Assembly (NCBI GenBank): GCA_963733095.1
Contig: CAVTBV010000012.1
Coordinates: 352,001-416,000, forward strand
Reading direction: 5' to 3'
Source: Candidatus Bathyarchaeota archaeon
GTDB taxonomy: Archaea > Thermoproteota > Bathyarchaeia > Bathyarchaeales > Bathycorpusculaceae
Length of the DNA stretch: 64,000 bases
Positions 19,236 to 29,596 of the stretch are shown in pieces. The translations under genes were made by a program, and so were the position numbers. Every line of letters begins with the position of its first letter. Within the stretch, counting starts at the first letter, position 1. The notes under the pieces are model-generated. The model was not told the DNA's origin, did no database searches, and saw nothing but the letters and a program-made list of their open reading frames with translations.

Positions 19236-20342
19236 ATGAATCCAATCACAGCCCCGTTGTTTATGGTTGTTTGGCGATGCACCCGCAACTGTGTGGGCAG
19301 TTGCACATATTGTAGTTACATCAAAGAATACGCCAAAGACCAAGAGCTAAACACCGCACAAGCTAAACATATGGTCGATGAAATGGCGGAGTTCGGCTCA
19401 CAATGGTTTGGAATCAGCGGCGGAGAACCCTTGGTTCGACCTGACATATGGGAAATCATCGAGTATGCAGAGAAAAAGCATAACATGAAAGTCAGTTTAA
19501 TCACGAGCGGCTATGCGTGGGATGAGGAACGCTTTGATAAACTGCGTAAGTATGAAGTTCACACTGCCATCAGCATTGATGGCGAAAAAGAAACAAACGA
19601 CTTAATTAGGCGAAAGGGCGGCTATGACAAAGCCTTGAATGCCATGAAGAAACTCAGTGAAGTCGGGTTGCTTGACTGCCTCGTAACAACCATGACTAAA
19701 CACAACATCCACCAGATGGCTCATCCAGCGGCGCTGGCGGAAGAATACAAAGCCCGCATGCTCGTCTACCACAACCTCGTGCCCGTTGGAAGAGCAGGCG
19801 AACACATGGAGGATATAGCCCCAACACCCGACCAGTATGAGACAGCGTTCAACGAAATCTACGATATCCAACGCAAACTCTACGGCAAAGTCAAAATCAA
19901 CGTTTACTCACCCTTCTACGCACGCATTGTGCGCCAAAAGAACCCTGCGGACTTCTGGCAATGGTACAACGAAGGCTACCTCGGAAAATGCACCATCGGC
20001 GGCAACTACATCGGCATCACAGAAAACGGCGATTACCGAAGTTGTGGCTTCCACGAAGGCTACCGCGTCGGCAACGTTAAAGACAAGAAATTACGCACAG
20101 CATGGGAAGAACTACAGAAGAGCGAATTACACCTTAAACTTCGCGACAAAAACAACCTCAAAGGAAGATGCGGAGTCTGTGAGTACAGAGAAATATGCGG
20201 CGGATGCAGAACACGAGCAGAATTCTACACGGGCGACCTCTTCGAATCAGACCCAGCATGCAACTACATACCTAAAGTGCTAAGAGAAGACCCTAAATTG
20301 CTTGAAGAAATGCGCAAAAATCCATTCGGCAGAAAACAATAG
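19236..20342 (+). CDS. Radical SAM/SPASM protein (NirJ/AhbC-D-like)
   Basis: CVGSCTYC, SGGEPLVRPD, ISIDG, and SPASM CGVCEYREICGGCRTRA...DPAC. Confidence 0.85.
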   Translation: MNPITAPLFMVVWRCTRNCVGSCTYCSYIKEYAKDQELNTAQAKHMVDEMAEFGSQWFGISGGEPLVRPDIWEIIEYAEKKHNMKVSLITSGYAWDEERFDKLRKYEVHTAISIDGEKETNDLIRRKGGYDKALNAMKKLSEVGLLDCLVTTMTKHNIHQMAHPAALAEEYKARMLVYHNLVPVGRAGEHMEDIAPTPDQYETAFNEIYDIQRKLYGKVKINVYSPFYARIVRQKNPADFWQWYNEGYLGKCTIGGNYIGITENGDYRSCGFHEGYRVGNVKDKKLRTAWEELQKSELHLKLRDKNNLKGRCGVCEYREICGGCRTRAEFYTGDLFESDPACNYIPKVLREDPKLLEEMRKNPFGRKQ

Positions 20343-20549
20343 ACGCAAATTTTTTCTTTCTTTTCCCTTTAATTCAGCTTTTTCAATATTCATTTTATGA
20401 ACATATAGAGTCCTTCATTGCAGAAACGATAGAGGGTAGTCAAACGTTAAGGCAGGTAAGTCGGCGTTAGTTTCTTTTTCAAGACGAAAACATGCACCAA
20501 AACTTAGTAATTGACTACAAAATAGAAAAAATAAATAATAAAAAGAAGA

Positions 20550-21728
20550 CTATGCTTTTTTGGCTTTTTCCAGCTCTTTTTTGAGCAATTCAGCCTTGTC
20601 AGTCTTTTCCCAGGGTAAATCTATGTCTTCCCTTCCAAAGTGGCCGAAGCAAGCTGTTTGCTTGTAGATTGGTCTTAGCAGGTTTAGTTGGTCGATGATT
20701 ACTTTGGGTCGCATGTCAAAGTATTTTAGCACTAATTCCATGATTTTTTCGTCAGAAAGTTTGCCTGTTTCGTAAGTGTTTACCAACACCGATATGGGTT
20801 GGGCAACGCCGATAGCATAGGAAATTTGGATTTCACATTGATCGGCTAAGCCTGAGGCAACGACGTTTTTGGCGATGTATCTTGCCATGTAGCATCCTGA
20901 ACGGTCAACTTTTGAGGGATCTTTGCCGCTGAAGCATCCGCCGCCGTGGCTTCCAACTCCGCCGTAGGTGTCAACGATGATTTTTCTTCCTGTTAAGCCT
21001 GAGTCTGCTAAGGTTCCACCGATAACGAATCTGCCTGTGCCGTTGATGACGTATTTTATGTCTTCAGCTATCAGGTTTGCTGGAATAACGTTTTTAATAA
21101 CTTTTTCAACAATTTCTTTCTTTAAGGTTGCATCGTCACATGTTCCGTTGTTTTGCGCGGCGATAACCACAGTTTTTACGCATTTTGGCTTACCTTGCTC
21201 ATATTCGATTGTAACCTGAGATTTGCAGTCGGGGCGCAGATAGGGCATGAGTTTTGTTTTTCTGCATTCAGCTAAACGTTTAACCAACTTTTGGGCTAGC
21301 ATAATGGGCAGTGGCATGAGCTCTTTTGTCTCGTTGGTTGCGTAGCCAAAAACCATGCCTTGGTCTCCGGCACCCTGTTCATGACCTTTAGATTCAGTTA
21401 CCCCCATGGAAATGTCTGGGGATTGCTCAGTTAAGGAAACCAAAACACCGCATGTTTCCCAGTCTAAACCGTCTTTTGCGTTGTCAAAACCAATTTCTTT
21501 GAGTGTTTGGCGGACAATCTTGGGGATGTTTACGTATGAGCAGGTAGTGATTTGACCGGTAATCACAACTGTTCCCTGCATTACGAGGGTTTCGCAGTCA
21601 ACGCGTGCTTTCGGGTCGTGGGTAAATATTGCGTCTAAAACACTGTCAGATATTTGGTCTGCAACTTTGTCTGGGTGACCTTCTCCAACTGACTCGGATG
21701 TGAATAAATATTTTCCGTTTTTTTTCAT
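20550..21728 (-). CDS. metK: S-adenosylmethionine synthetase, bacterial/eukaryotic type
   Basis: [33 protein letters not shown] and [16 protein letters not shown]. Confidence 0.97.
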   Translation of the reverse strand: MKKNGKYLFTSESVGEGHPDKVADQISDSVLDAIFTHDPKARVDCETLVMQGTVVITGQITTCSYVNIPKIVRQTLKEIGFDNAKDGLDWETCGVLVSLTEQSPDISMGVTESKGHEQGAGDQGMVFGYATNETKELMPLPIMLAQKLVKRLAECRKTKLMPYLRPDCKSQVTIEYEQGKPKCVKTVVIAAQNNGTCDDATLKKEIVEKVIKNVIPANLIAEDIKYVINGTGRFVIGGTLADSGLTGRKIIVDTYGGVGSHGGGCFSGKDPSKVDRSGCYMARYIAKNVVASGLADQCEIQISYAIGVAQPISVLVNTYETGKLSDEKIMELVLKYFDMRPKVIIDQLNLLRPIYKQTACFGHFGREDIDLPWEKTDKAELLKKELEKAKKA

Positions 21729-21882
21729 TGGAATCTCTCTTTTCCGTTCAATCGTATGATAGGCATAGTAACCTCCCGTTTTTCTTAAAAGGCTTTCGAC
21801 AAAGCAGGCATCTAATCAACAAACAATTGGTGGGGAATTTGGCTTGCAGAAGCCATTTTAACCCAAAACAACACAACAACAA

Positions 21883-22269
21883 ATGGAAAACATGAAAAAA
21901 ATAGTTTCAAGCCAGAATGCACCAAAACCCATCGGGTCCTACAGTCAAGCAGTTCAAGCAGGCAATTTTCTGTTTGTTTCAGGTCAACTGGCTATTGACC
22001 CCAAAGATGGCAAACTCTTCGCCGAAAACATCACGCTGCAAACACACCAAGTTATGGAGAACCTAAAAGCTATATTGGAATCAGCAGGTTACAGCCTAAA
22101 AGATGTTATGCAATCCACAGTATACCTCTCTACAATGGAGTTGTTTGAGGAGTTCAACCGAGAATACGGCAAATACTTTGAGAGCGACTTCCCAGCACGC
22201 GCAACAGTCGCCGCAAAACTCAAAGCAGGCGCACTCGTCGAGGTTTCTGTCGTCGCCTACAAAGACTAA
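21883..22269 (+). CDS. ridA: RidA/YjgF family enamine deaminase
   Basis: APKPIGSYSQAV, FVSGQL, PARATV and LVEV. Confidence 0.9.
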   Translation: MENMKKIVSSQNAPKPIGSYSQAVQAGNFLFVSGQLAIDPKDGKLFAENITLQTHQVMENLKAILESAGYSLKDVMQSTVYLSTMELFEEFNREYGKYFESDFPARATVAAKLKAGALVEVSVVAYKD

Positions 22270-22320
22270 GCCTACCGCTTTGATAAATTATAAAAACCCA
22301 GCCGTCGCTTAACATAGGTA

Positions 22321-22956
22321 GTGCAAAACATGGCGGCCTCCCTAAAAAAGTTCATGCAGCAAATCGCTGGAAAAAAAGCCCCTGGACCATCAACCACTTT
22401 CACCATATTTCATGTTTTTTTTGCGTTGGAGCTTTTGGCGCAGAAGCCGTTGGGCAGAAACAAGCTAGCGGAAAAACTCAACGTGGGGGATGGGGCAGTG
22501 CGCACAATAATTAGCAGGCTTAAAGATACAGAATTAATAGAAACTTCAAAAGAAGGCTGCAACTTAACAAAAAAAGGTGCGGAGGTTTGGGGAAAAATTG
22601 AAGAAATCTTCCCAAAGCGAGTCCAAATCCCCCGCTCTGACTTGGCGGAATCCGAGTTTAATTTTGCTTTCTTAGTCAAGAAGAGCGGGCAGAAGGTAAA
22701 GTCTGGGATTGACCAACGTGACGCAGCTATTATCGCGGGGGCACGTAAAGCGTTGGTTATTGTTTTTAGGGGTGGGCATTTATGTATCGAATCTGTAAGT
22801 GACTGCATTGAGCAGCAATATCCCAAGGCAGCAAGACAGATTCTTAAGGAACTTGCACCTCAGGAAGACGACGTGATTATCGTTGCCGGAGCCGACTCCG
22901 CTTTGAAGGCTAAGAGGGGAGCATTTGCTGCAAGTTGGTCATTGATTGCCGTTTAA
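22321..22956 (+). CDS. Archaeal wHTH protein (DUF4443-like)
   Basis: LGRNKLAEKLNVGDGAVRT HTH and GIDQRDAAI..GA motif. Confidence 0.7.
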   Translation: MQNMAASLKKFMQQIAGKKAPGPSTTFTIFHVFFALELLAQKPLGRNKLAEKLNVGDGAVRTIISRLKDTELIETSKEGCNLTKKGAEVWGKIEEIFPKRVQIPRSDLAESEFNFAFLVKKSGQKVKSGIDQRDAAIIAGARKALVIVFRGGHLCIESVSDCIEQQYPKAARQILKELAPQEDDVIIVAGADSALKAKRGAFAASWSLIAV

Positions 22957-23714
22957 GTGGTGTATTTTTCTCCTTCGTTGAGAATTCGTTCGAGCAAAGT
23001 GTTCACGTTTACCATGCCCTCGTTTGATTTTGAAGAAACAGGCATCAAGAGGAACTGTAAGCCCAGTTTGTTGATGGCTTGCATCATGTTTCGGCTGAAG
23101 AGGCGTTTTGTTCCCTCCAGTCTTTGCTCAATCGCATCTTCCAAAGCATTGGTATTTGCAGACCAATTTGCAATTGCCTGCACATCTTTTTTGGGGATTA
23201 AATCGCTTTTTGAAAGCAAATGTACCTGCGGCTGGAAAAATCTGTTGTAAACTGCCGCAGCCAAGAACATGTTTGAAACGTAGTTTAATGGGTTAACGGA
23301 GAAGACAGCATCGAAGAGGTAGATGAGCGCTTTTGGCTCTTTGGTCAATTCGTTAACGATGTATGGTCCGCTTGCGCGGAATGCGAAAAGCTCCATTTGA
23401 CCAGGCGTGTCCACAAGGACTATGTCAGCGTGGGCTTCTTCGATGTCTCGGGTCAAGTTTTCGATCTCATCCGCAATTAAATCCGCCGCCATAATTAGGG
23501 CGCCGTTGGGACCCAAACCATACTTCTCCATTATATCGCCCACATCCACGTAGTTACGTACGTCAACGTCGGGTTGATAGGGCAACTTTAACGCTCCAGG
23601 ATCCAAGTTTACGACTGCAACGTCTTGCTTGGACATTTTGAGCCATTCCGCAAACGCGGCTGTGAACAATGATTTGCCAGAACCGGCAGTTCCAATGATA
23701 AATGCTAAGGGCAT
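22953..23714 (-). CDS. GPN-loop GTPase
   Basis: GTAGSGKS, NLDPG, GLGPNGA and DTPGQMELF. Confidence 0.92.
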   Translation of the reverse strand: MPLAFIIGTAGSGKSLFTAAFAEWLKMSKQDVAVVNLDPGALKLPYQPDVDVRNYVDVGDIMEKYGLGPNGALIMAADLIADEIENLTRDIEEAHADIVLVDTPGQMELFAFRASGPYIVNELTKEPKALIYLFDAVFSVNPLNYVSNMFLAAAVYNRFFQPQVHLLSKSDLIPKKDVQAIANWSANTNALEDAIEQRLEGTKRLFSRNMMQAINKLGLQFLLMPVSSKSNEGMVNVNTLLERILNEGEKYTT

Positions 23715-23806
23715 GGTCTATCTCCAATGTACGTGTGACATCGTTAGAAATAATAACCTTTCTACTGATTGTAGAAGAGAAATAGTTTCTTAATTGAAAG
23801 AGAAGA

Positions 23807-24979
23807 TTAAGTTAGGTTTATGGGGGGAGGCGCCCTTTCTACTGGTTGAGCGGTTAGTTGGGTCAGGTCTGGTTTTTTACGACGTGCTTTGATTGCCACC
23901 AACACAAACACAACCACAACAAACACCAAAGTGACAATTAAGGCAATAATAAAAAGCGGCAAGACAATGACGTTTGCTTGAGTGCTCGTTGCACCATTAT
24001 ACTGCCTATTGCCCAACCAGCTGGCTTGGATGGGTACTGAACCATCCGTTGCAGGCGACCAAACATATTGGAACCGACCGTCCGCTTGGGTTAGTACGGT
24101 AGCTATTGTTGCCCAACTGTTACTGTTAATTTTGGCTTGCAGTGTAACGTTCTCGTTGGCTGTAGGTGGGAGGATTTGGCCGTTGATGGTTATGTTGCTG
24201 GACCCAAGCATAATGGATGGAGAAACTTGCAGTATTATTGTACTATGGTCGAGTTCCCGCAGACTTGCAGAAACTTGATCAATGGATGACTGCCCCATTT
24301 TCTCAAGTGTCACTACCTGGGATGAGACGTTTTGGTATTCAGAAGGGGTTTCGCCGACTCGCCAGCCATCTCTCCACTGGCTGCCCGTGCATTCTGCGAT
24401 GTAGTAGGAAACGTTTTGGACATTAACGCTAAAAACCTGAACTCTGGCCTCATTTGGAAAACTGCCAAGGTCTACTCCAATTTCCATATGCTGCTGGGCT
24501 TTATAAAATAGTAGAACAACTGGGATTCCGCCTGCTTCCAGAATCGAAGCTGCAATGTAAGCGAAAAGGTCGCAGTCGCCGTAGCCATCAACCAAGGTTT
24601 CAATGGGGTATCTGCCAGGTATAACTTCTTGGTAGGTTATTTGGTGTACAAGCATCAGAACGCCGTTGGTGAAGTCTTCGGTGTTGTTGTAAATCTGCCA
24701 AAGTTTGTCGGCTATAGGTTTGAGGGCGTAGGGAGTTACAAATTTCGTAAAATCTGAATCCGAATATGTAGCATGACTCTGCATCACATAGTACTGGTAG
24801 AGAACTTGGGGAATCGTGACGTTCAACTCGTAGGTTACATCGCGCTCAGGTCGATTCAAAAGCAAAAACGACGACGTGTAACCCTGAGTTTCATCCTGTG
24901 TGCCCCCAAAAGGCACTAAAGATAAGATGAAAACAACGGTAACTGCAAAGCAAACTGCCCTCAGGTAATTACTTTTCAT
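23807..24979 (-). CDS. Secreted transglutaminase-like protein with Ig-like domain and TM anchor
   Basis: YPIETLVDGYGDCD Cys motif, HM and ECT residues, signal peptide and C-terminal TM. Confidence 0.7.
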   Translation of the reverse strand: MKSNYLRAVCFAVTVVFILSLVPFGGTQDETQGYTSSFLLLNRPERDVTYELNVTIPQVLYQYYVMQSHATYSDSDFTKFVTPYALKPIADKLWQIYNNTEDFTNGVLMLVHQITYQEVIPGRYPIETLVDGYGDCDLFAYIAASILEAGGIPVVLLFYKAQQHMEIGVDLGSFPNEARVQVFSVNVQNVSYYIAECTGSQWRDGWRVGETPSEYQNVSSQVVTLEKMGQSSIDQVSASLRELDHSTIILQVSPSIMLGSSNITINGQILPPTANENVTLQAKINSNSWATIATVLTQADGRFQYVWSPATDGSVPIQASWLGNRQYNGATSTQANVIVLPLFIIALIVTLVFVVVVFVLVAIKARRKKPDLTQLTAQPVERAPPPINLT

Positions 24980-25043
24980 TGGAACCGATAACCAACTATG
25001 CTTTTTTGGAATGGTGAATTTTGCTTAAATGTTTATTCCCAAA

Positions 25044-25868
25044 TCAACCTTCAAGCCCAAAAATGACTACTCCACCATTTTCCTCAATCAAAACGGCAAG
25101 CTGCTTTGCTGCTTTAAGAAGCTGCTCAGAGGGGTTCTGTTCTTGGCTCGCAATTATTGTTAAATGAAGTTCAAGGTGAGGTTTATTTTCGGTTCGAATC
25201 GGATGCGACTTTACATAAACACCATCGTTATCAGTCATTGCTTTGTCTATTAAAGGGGCTAAACGCGACTCAAAGATGTTGTCTACAAAGATACTTCGCT
25301 CACAAAATACTTCTGTACCCACGGCTTGCCTAATCAGCGGCACTATTGTTTCAGTAAATATGGCTTCCATCTCAACAGGCACGCCGGGCAGGGCAAACAA
25401 CACCGTTTTCTCAACATCAACACGCACCCCCGGCGCTGTCCCAATAGGGTTGTTAACGACCCTGGTTTTCTTTGGCAATGTAGCCATTTTGACTGTTGGC
25501 GGCGTCAACTCGATTTCAGTAGTGAGACCCCGTTTCTTGGCATATTCTATGCATTTTTGCTTAACCGTGGCGAGGGCTTTGTGGTTTATTTCTAATTCGC
25601 GGTTTAATGCTTTGGCGATGCCTTGGAGGGTTTTGTCGTCAAAAGTCGGTCCTAACCCGCCGGTGGTTACTATGAACTGGGGTTTTCGGGCTATGGCTTC
25701 GTTGATTGTGTTGGCGATTTCTTGGACGGTATCTTGGATTACGGTTACGCGTTTGACGTTTGCGCCGATTTGGGTGGCTTGTTTGGCGAGATAGTGTGCG
25801 TTTGTGTCTTTTATTTTGCCGATGAGTAGCTCGTTGCCGATGCATACGATTTCGATGTCTACAGTCAT
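25044..25868 (-). CDS. CinA-like molybdopterin-binding-domain protein
   Basis: IGNELLIG..DTN, TTGGLGPTFDD, GTAPG and LPGVP.EM. Confidence 0.85.
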   Translation of the reverse strand: MTVDIEIVCIGNELLIGKIKDTNAHYLAKQATQIGANVKRVTVIQDTVQEIANTINEAIARKPQFIVTTGGLGPTFDDKTLQGIAKALNRELEINHKALATVKQKCIEYAKKRGLTTEIELTPPTVKMATLPKKTRVVNNPIGTAPGVRVDVEKTVLFALPGVPVEMEAIFTETIVPLIRQAVGTEVFCERSIFVDNIFESRLAPLIDKAMTDNDGVYVKSHPIRTENKPHLELHLTIIASQEQNPSEQLLKAAKQLAVLIEENGGVVIFGLEG

Positions 25869-26011
25869 GGTTGTTCCTTTTCGGTTGTTCGAGTTAATGT
25901 GTTTTCTTTTATACGGTTTGCTCGGTTACTTAGCTGTTTTGCTCGATAAATTAAACCCGAAATGTTTTTATTTGCATGTCGCTAACTGCAAGCCAAAAGG
26001 AGAAACAAAAC

Positions 26012-26872
26012 ATGAACAAACTCGTACAGAAGCGATTCCAAGCAATCCTAATAATAATATCACTAGCCATGCTCGCCACCTCGGCTTCCTTAAGCATTAT
26101 ACCACAGGTTAACGCTCAAGAAGCAACTGTTCTAAGTGTGAACGGAGCGACAGGAACCCAACAAAACTATACCCTGACCCAACTAGAAGCCCTCCCAAGC
26201 GTAAACAATTACGGTGGATTCTATCAGCCAAACCAAAATCAAATCAACAGCGGTCTTTGGACGGGTGTTTCTCTGCTTTATCTCGGCGATCAGGTTGGCG
26301 GCATAACCACAACCAGCACTATAACAGTCAGCGGCCAAGGCATAAACAACTTTACCTATGACCAAGTAAACAACGGCATAAACCTCAACCAACAATACAA
26401 AACATACAACAACCAAACAGGGACAGAGCAAAATCAAACTCAACCCGTAACCATCATACTCGCATATCAAGTTAACGGCACCAACTTGCCCAGCAGCTCA
26501 CTGCCTGCCCCAAGACTCGTAATAGTTGGTCCAGAAGGCTTGCTTATGATTGGTTCAGGCGGAAAAAGCATCACACAAGTCAACGTTACAACGCCTGCGC
26601 CAGTTCCAACTCCGACACCAACCCCCACTCCAACTCCAACCCCTTCGCCCGCTCCAACACAGGTTCCAACGATAGCGCCAACCACATCACCAAGCCTATC
26701 ACCTACCCCAACCGAACAACCGACCGTTTCACCCACAACTACAAACAGCCCATCACCAAAAACAACCAACCCAAGTTCAAGTGAATGGCCAATCACCTAC
26801 ACCATAATAATCGCCGCAGTCGTCATCTCAATAATAATCGTTGCCGCAGCAATCTTGCTCAAACGAAAATAA
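26012..26872 (+). CDS. Secreted surface protein, molybdopterin-oxidoreductase-like fold, PT linker, TM anchor
   Basis: YTLTQL..LP, WTGVSL, IILAYQVNG and PRLVI motifs, signal peptide, TM plus KRK tail. Confidence 0.65.
   Translation: MNKLVQKRFQAILIIISLAMLATSASLSIIPQVNAQEATVLSVNGATGTQQNYTLTQLEALPSVNNYGGFYQPNQNQINSGLWTGVSLLYLGDQVGGITTTSTITVSGQGINNFTYDQVNNGINLNQQYKTYNNQTGTEQNQTQPVTIILAYQVNGTNLPSSSLPAPRLVIVGPEGLLMIGSGGKSITQVNVTTPAPVPTPTPTPTPTPTPSPAPTQVPTIAPTTSPSLSPTPTEQPTVSPTTTNSPSPKTTNPSSSEWPITYTIIIAAVVISIIIVAAAILLKRK
26593..26770 (+). repeat. Pro/Thr low-complexity coding linker
   Basis: (PT)n run encoded by degenerate CCAACT/CCAACC repeats. Confidence 0.7.
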
Positions 26873-26905
26873 CCGGGTTATGCAAACTATTTTCCTTAAT
26901 TAAAA

Positions 26906-27481
26906 CTACTCACAATTTCTTTTTTTATCTTCATCTTTTCGACGCGGAAACTGAACATGACGTATCCTACCCAAAATAATGCCAGAAATTACTCCACCAG
27001 CACCCCCGAAAATCAAGTGAGAAGCACCAGCAACGCCTATACCTACCAGAATAATGTTTGCGTTTGCAACTATCGCGCCTGTTATCGAATAGTTAACCAC
27101 CATCTTGACAAAGCTGCCAAAGGCACCCAAAATAAAACCAACAAAAATGTTAGTCAAATGACCCCTAAACGCCAACGCCAAAATATCCATAGTCAAACCC
27201 ATAGCAGTGTACTCGAAAACTTTAAGAGGACCTGTATCAGCCATTCCAACAAAACCTATCAACAAACCCGAAAGCACGCCAATGTAGGTACCCGCACCGA
27301 ATTTGCGTGTTAACCCAATCCCTATGATAAAGGGAATAACCCAGAAAATTGCTGTATGCCCCGGCAGCTGGATTGGAGTTCTAAAATAGGCCTTGAATAC
27401 GTAAACAAGCGCCGCCATAAGCGAAAGGAAGGAGACCTCGTATACCAGAAAATACTTTTTCCGTTTAAAACCGCGCATCAA
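26906..27481 (-). CDS. ECF-type S-component-like membrane protein
   Basis: About 5 TM helices with an LPGHTAIFW motif. Confidence 0.6.
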   Translation of the reverse strand: MMRGFKRKKYFLVYEVSFLSLMAALVYVFKAYFRTPIQLPGHTAIFWVIPFIIGIGLTRKFGAGTYIGVLSGLLIGFVGMADTGPLKVFEYTAMGLTMDILALAFRGHLTNIFVGFILGAFGSFVKMVVNYSITGAIVANANIILVGIGVAGASHLIFGGAGGVISGIILGRIRHVQFPRRKDEDKKRNCE

Positions 27482-28254
27482 TCTAGCACGCTCGATTTGA
27501 GGTTTAACTGGAACCCGTCGCCTATTGCACCGTTCACCGCAACTAAGAGAATAAAGTCATCTTGCACTCGGTCGCCTGAAAAATCTACAAAGAACGTTCC
27601 TGTTGCATTACCAGTGCTGGTGACTTGTCCTGTGGGAACTTTGGGGTCGGTTGTTATGTGGATGGTGTTTAGACCGCCGCCTGCTTTCTCAAACTTCATA
27701 AAATACGTGTTGTTTCCAAAATCGTTGAAGGCTGCGCCAGCTTGATTTGCAACCTTAACGTAAACATGGCTATAGTCATTTAGGACTTCTGTTCCAGCCA
27801 AGGTGCTTGCGGTCTCAGGGTTAGCTGTTACATAATAACCGCTTGCCCCACTGCCTTCCACACGATTAGTCCAAGAGATACCACCGTTTGAACGAATGTA
27901 CCCATACACGTGAAACGCGGCAACTCCATTTAACCCCGTAAAAGAGTAATCCACCTGCACCCGTGGAAAAGTCGAGTTCAAATTCGAAGTTGCATTCAAA
28001 TCAACAAACATTAGGAAAAATCCATCGCCACCATTAACGTCCCCTCCTGGAACAATAGGCATCTTAAATGCGTAGGGTCCCCATGTTTGTGGACCATAAA
28101 CAAAGTTCTGTGCTGAGAAGGTTTCATCCAACTGGTAATTGCCATGCATTAAGCTTGCTTCCCTGTTCAGGTACACCCATTGGATGGCAAAGACAACTCC
28201 TACCAAAAGAGCAAAAACTGCAAATGCCGCTACCAACTTGTACTTGAACTGCAA
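27478..28254 (-). CDS. Secreted/membrane-anchored hypothetical protein
   Basis: N-terminal hydrophobic helix and beta-rich body. Translationally coupled to both neighbours. Confidence 0.6.
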   Translation of the reverse strand: MQFKYKLVAAFAVFALLVGVVFAIQWVYLNREASLMHGNYQLDETFSAQNFVYGPQTWGPYAFKMPIVPGGDVNGGDGFFLMFVDLNATSNLNSTFPRVQVDYSFTGLNGVAAFHVYGYIRSNGGISWTNRVEGSGASGYYVTANPETASTLAGTEVLNDYSHVYVKVANQAGAAFNDFGNNTYFMKFEKAGGGLNTIHITTDPKVPTGQVTSTGNATGTFFVDFSGDRVQDDFILLVAVNGAIGDGFQLNLKSSVLD

Positions 28255-28255
28255 A

Positions 28256-28948
28256 CTATGCCCTCTTCAACGCCAACATACAACCTTCACTTTTCTCTAC
28301 AAACAAGACGGCTTTTCCATGTATGAATGAGGGGGTTGCGTTTTTCGGAATTCTCACGTTTCCCTCGTTTACTTCGTCGCCTTGTAGGGTTAGGATTTGG
28401 TCGATGCCAGAATCAATAATCTCTGACACGGACCGGAGACCAGCCAGTTCCCTGTTTTTGCCTTTCAAGAGAAACCTGCCGTCGTTACCCAGAGACGCTA
28501 AGCCTATACCCGCTACTGCGCCGATAATACCCCCGTTGGTGCCGCCTAAACCTTCAACACGAATGCTGCAGTTACCTGCGACGCTGAGGGCTCTTTGTTG
28601 AGTAACAATCATGTTTTTTACGTCTTGACCAAAAGCTACTGCCGCCGATTTGACTTGCTCGGTTGATGAGATGGCTAATCCTGGGTCGCTTCCCTCGATG
28701 AAGTCTGCAAACATTAGCCGTTTGGAGGTCGAGAAAATATCTTCCATGGCTGATTGCGACGCTTTAGCATGAATAACTGCGCAGCTATTGTGGGAAGTGA
28801 AGGGTATATCGGGGTGAACGAAAAGTTGGTGACGCGTGACACCGAAAATTTCATACTTGAGTGCAAGTTCGGCAGCTATGGTTCTGGCGAGCCGTCCTGT
28901 TCCTCTTGAACCCAACATGTCTGTGTCGTCTATCCCAACGTAAATCAT
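28256..28948 (-). CDS. TiaS N-terminal-like (DUF1743-type) protein
   Basis: YVGIDDTD, RHQL..HPDIPFTSHNS, SDPG and GIIGA.A.IG. Lacks the OB and zinc-ribbon domains of full TiaS. Confidence 0.7.
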   Translation of the reverse strand: MIYVGIDDTDMLGSRGTGRLARTIAAELALKYEIFGVTRHQLFVHPDIPFTSHNSCAVIHAKASQSAMEDIFSTSKRLMFADFIEGSDPGLAISSTEQVKSAAVAFGQDVKNMIVTQQRALSVAGNCSIRVEGLGGTNGGIIGAVAGIGLASLGNDGRFLLKGKNRELAGLRSVSEIIDSGIDQILTLQGDEVNEGNVRIPKNATPSFIHGKAVLFVEKSEGCMLALKRA

Positions 28949-29291
28949 ATTTGGTCTCCGATGAAACGTTATGCGTAATAAAGCACATCGAACTAACTCT
29001 AATTAAAGTTTCTGAAACTTCTCATCAGAAATAATTTGCCATCAAATTTGGATCCCAATATCCAACCCTTGCACTGCACCGACAGATGGAGTGGACTTGT
29101 GAACCTATTTGGAGCCTAATTGAGGTTTTATGGAGAAACCTGAGAGGGGTAGGTCGTATTCGCGAAAAACAAAGGCAATAACATTGAAAATCGGTACTTT
29201 AGACAAGAAAACCAACTCTCTAAGAGAAGATCAGTCTATAACAAACAGCGTCAAAGCTAACGAAAAAGGCTCGTCAACCTTTTTAGTCAAC

Positions 29292-29498
29292 TTATTTTTT
29301 GCTTAGATACCACTTAAGGTATTCTTTTCTGCGGTTCTGTCTAACCTCGTCCTCAGTTTCATCAGCAGGCCTGTTCTTGTCATGCAAGTCATTGAGTTCT
29401 TGCCCCGTACAGGATAATCCGCAGCTTTTGCAGACATAGTGCTTGGTCAACGAGATATATTGTATTTCTCCACCGCACTCTGGACAGTAATTTACCAT
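29292..29498 (-). CDS. Small zinc-ribbon protein
   Basis: CPECGG...CKSCG. Confidence 0.75.
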   Translation of the reverse strand: MVNYCPECGGEIQYISLTKHYVCKSCGLSCTGQELNDLHDKNRPADETEDEVRQNRRKEYLKWYLSKK

Positions 29499-29596
29499 TT
29501 CTCAATTCTCTTTTACGGTTTATTAGTAATTCGTTTCTTGGAAGATATTAGTCTTCGCATGAATTTCCAAATTTTTTAGCCAAAAAAATAGTTATT

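Noticed and set aside
26593-26770. Short tandem repeats as a CRISPR array or VNTR
   Set aside because: Degenerate codons of a Pro/Thr linker with no repeat-spacer structure.
29041-29165. GC-richer intergenic stretch with an AGGTTT/AAACCT hairpin upstream of the TiaS-like operon; possible cobalamin riboswitch
   Set aside because: No B12-box or GGGAA/GCCACTG consensus on either strand.
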